A stretch of 17,964 bases of DNA from a virus (Duplodnaviria; Heunggongvirae; Uroviricota; Caudoviricetes), in the IMG/VR virus record IMGVR_UViG_2563366946_000008; one strand, written 5' to 3'. How positions within the stretch are numbered: the stretch's first letter is position 1; every line of letters starts with the position of its first letter. This document shows, piece by piece, positions 16,682-17,964 of the stretch. A model generated the notes under the pieces. It was given only the letters and a program-made list of their open reading frames with translations, made no database searches and was not told the DNA's origin. The translations under genes and the position numbers were made by a program.

Positions 16682-17161
16682 CTTATTATCCTGCATTGTT
16701 AAAAACGGCAGAATCCTATGTGACAACAATTAAACGATAGTTAAATGGATTGATGAAAATTAAAACTACACAGGTGGGCTCAGACTATTGGAGGAAGTTG
16801 GGGACACTCAGAATCCTGTGGAATGAAATAAACCGGTCTATCCGTCCATTACCCTTTTAGCTGCGCTGTATCGTCGCCGTATTCCCGCATTAACCATGAC
16901 CGTAGCCCGACGGGGAATTCCTTCTGCGTGAGTGTGCGGGAATAATTAAAAACGATGCACACCGGGTTTTTACCGCGTTAATGATTCGCGGGTTTATCCC
17001 GGTGCGATGGTGGAAGAAACAGGAAGCTGTATTACAGAAAGTGCTACTACTGTATCCCGATGCGATGTATGTAATGTGAGTCAGATAATGGCACAGGATG
17101 TGGTGATGTGGCAGTCTGGAACACAGGATATATTGTCAGAATAAGACCCGTAGGAATAAAA

Positions 17162-17488
17162 ATGAAAAGACGCCTTTTACTACTTTTTCTGTTATCTGTC
17201 CTGGCAGTGGGATGCTCGCAGCAAAAAGCTGATGAGCCCCGGCAATTAGTGACGGTGTATCCACGATATCCGGAATATGCTGCAGCAAATTATATCAAGG
17301 GGCTGGTTGAGGTTAAGTTCGATATTGGTGCTGATGGGACTGTGACACGGATCGTTTTTCTCCGCTCAGAGCCTCATAATTTGTTTCGTGATGAAGTGGT
17401 GAAGGCCATGGCGAAATGGCGATTTGAAAAGAATCGCCCCTGTCAGGGAGTGAAGAGACAATTTATCTTTACGCCGTCACGTCCTTGA
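17162..17488 (+). CDS. Lipoprotein with a TonB C-terminal-domain-like fold, 108 aa
   Basis: Lipoprotein signal peptide with lipobox (MKRRLLLLFLLSVLAVGC); the mature part (…VYPRYPEYAAANYIKGLVEVKFDIGADGTVTRIVFLRSEPHNLFRDEVVKAMAKWRFEKN…) aligns by eye with the TonB C-terminal domain (…[56 protein letters not shown]…); AGGAA RBS. Confidence 0.6.
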   Translation: MKRRLLLLFLLSVLAVGCSQQKADEPRQLVTVYPRYPEYAAANYIKGLVEVKFDIGADGTVTRIVFLRSEPHNLFRDEVVKAMAKWRFEKNRPCQGVKRQFIFTPSRP

Positions 17489-17580
17489 TGCTTCCAGGTA
17501 GAGAGGGGCTGGAAGCAGGAGAAAAATGAAAGAGCCAGCGGTTATATTTTTGTCATGGCTGACGAGGAATGATGGAAGAA

Positions 17581-17603
17581 GGCGTTGTATGCCACACAAC
17601 GCC
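17581..17603. terminator. Candidate bidirectional terminator hairpin between convergent ORFs
   Basis: 8-bp stem GGCGTTGT / ACAACGCC with 7-nt loop, followed on the plus strand by a T-rich run (TCACTGTTCATTTCTTCTTTTTCTC). Confidence 0.35.
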
Positions 17604-17610
17604 TCACTGT

Positions 17611-17964
17611 TCATTTCTTCTTTTTCTCTGGTGGAACCCGATGAATAAGAGTTGCACTGGTTTCCGATGAGATGGCGATATACTCGGGCAAAGTATGCTG
17701 GCAGTTTTCCAACTGGTCAAAAATACCTGCTCTCGTCTGTTGCAATGCCTGCAGCATGCGGCGGCAATGCGCCTTGCTTTTACTAACCATCTTTCCTTCC
17801 TCTATCAGTCGCTGCGTGAACTCATCATGGAATACCAGGTAAATGCGGATGTTATCGGTTTTGGCTACGCAGCATAGTACAAAACGGACAGGTGCATCCC
17901 GGGACGGGGGAGGCGTCACATGTCCCTGTGATGGTTGTTCCGGGTAATGTACTGTGTGGGGCAT
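17611..17964 (-). CDS. Hypothetical ORF running to the window edge (possibly partial), 117 aa as seen
   Basis: ORF from the track; no family recognised; its C-terminal KKKK is encoded by the T-rich tail of the adjacent hairpin, which lowers confidence that it is a real gene. Confidence 0.25.
   Translation of the reverse strand: MPHTVHYPEQPSQGHVTPPPSRDAPVRFVLCCVAKTDNIRIYLVFHDEFTQRLIEEGKMVSKSKAHCRRMLQALQQTRAGIFDQLENCQHTLPEYIAISSETSATLIHRVPPEKKKK

Noticed and set aside
16469-16702. Plus-strand 77-aa ORF antisense to bor
   Set aside because: Bor matches the lambda lipoprotein; the antisense ORF is cysteine-rich low-complexity translation of the complementary strand.
16980-17004. Possible cos site, from the motif TCGCGGGTTT shared with the lambda cos region
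   Set aside because: Only a short motif match; no terminase genes are in the window and in DLP12-type prophages cos lies further downstream next to the Nu1 homolog. I treat it as a palindromic element of unknown function instead.

Overview
This window is the attL-proximal half of a mosaic, almost certainly defective, lambdoid prophage of an enterobacterial (E. coli/Shigella-type) genome. All homology calls are from reading the translations against remembered phage protein sequences, not from a database search. Leftward (minus-strand) early operon: tyrosine integrase, excisionase, a three-gene accessory cluster (DUF4222-like, ASCH-like, TraR/DksA zinc finger), then a lambda-like block of orf61/orf63/orf60a, exo, bet, gam, kil, cIII, ea10, ral, orf28, the opposing sieB, and an N-like antiterminator. 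Where the immunity region (pL/oL, cI, oR/pR, cro, nut sites) should lie there is instead one complete 1310-bp IS629-type IS3-family element, which abuts a 5'-truncated cII. Rightward: O with ori iterons, P, ren, a nin region (ninB, a Dam-like N6-adenine methyltransferase, ninE, two unknown ORFs, rusA, ylcG-like), a DLP12-type Q-like antiterminator, an antisense NmpC/Lc-type porin moron, a phage-21-type lysis cassette (pinholin, SAR endolysin, Rz with embedded Rz1), bor, and a TonB-C-terminal-domain-like lipoprotein. No rRNA, tRNA or CRISPR array was seen. The most notable points are the IS629-associated loss of the immunity module, the TonB-C-like lipoprotein, the orphan methyltransferase and the int-proximal accessory cluster; I did not find a clearly novel multi-gene system.
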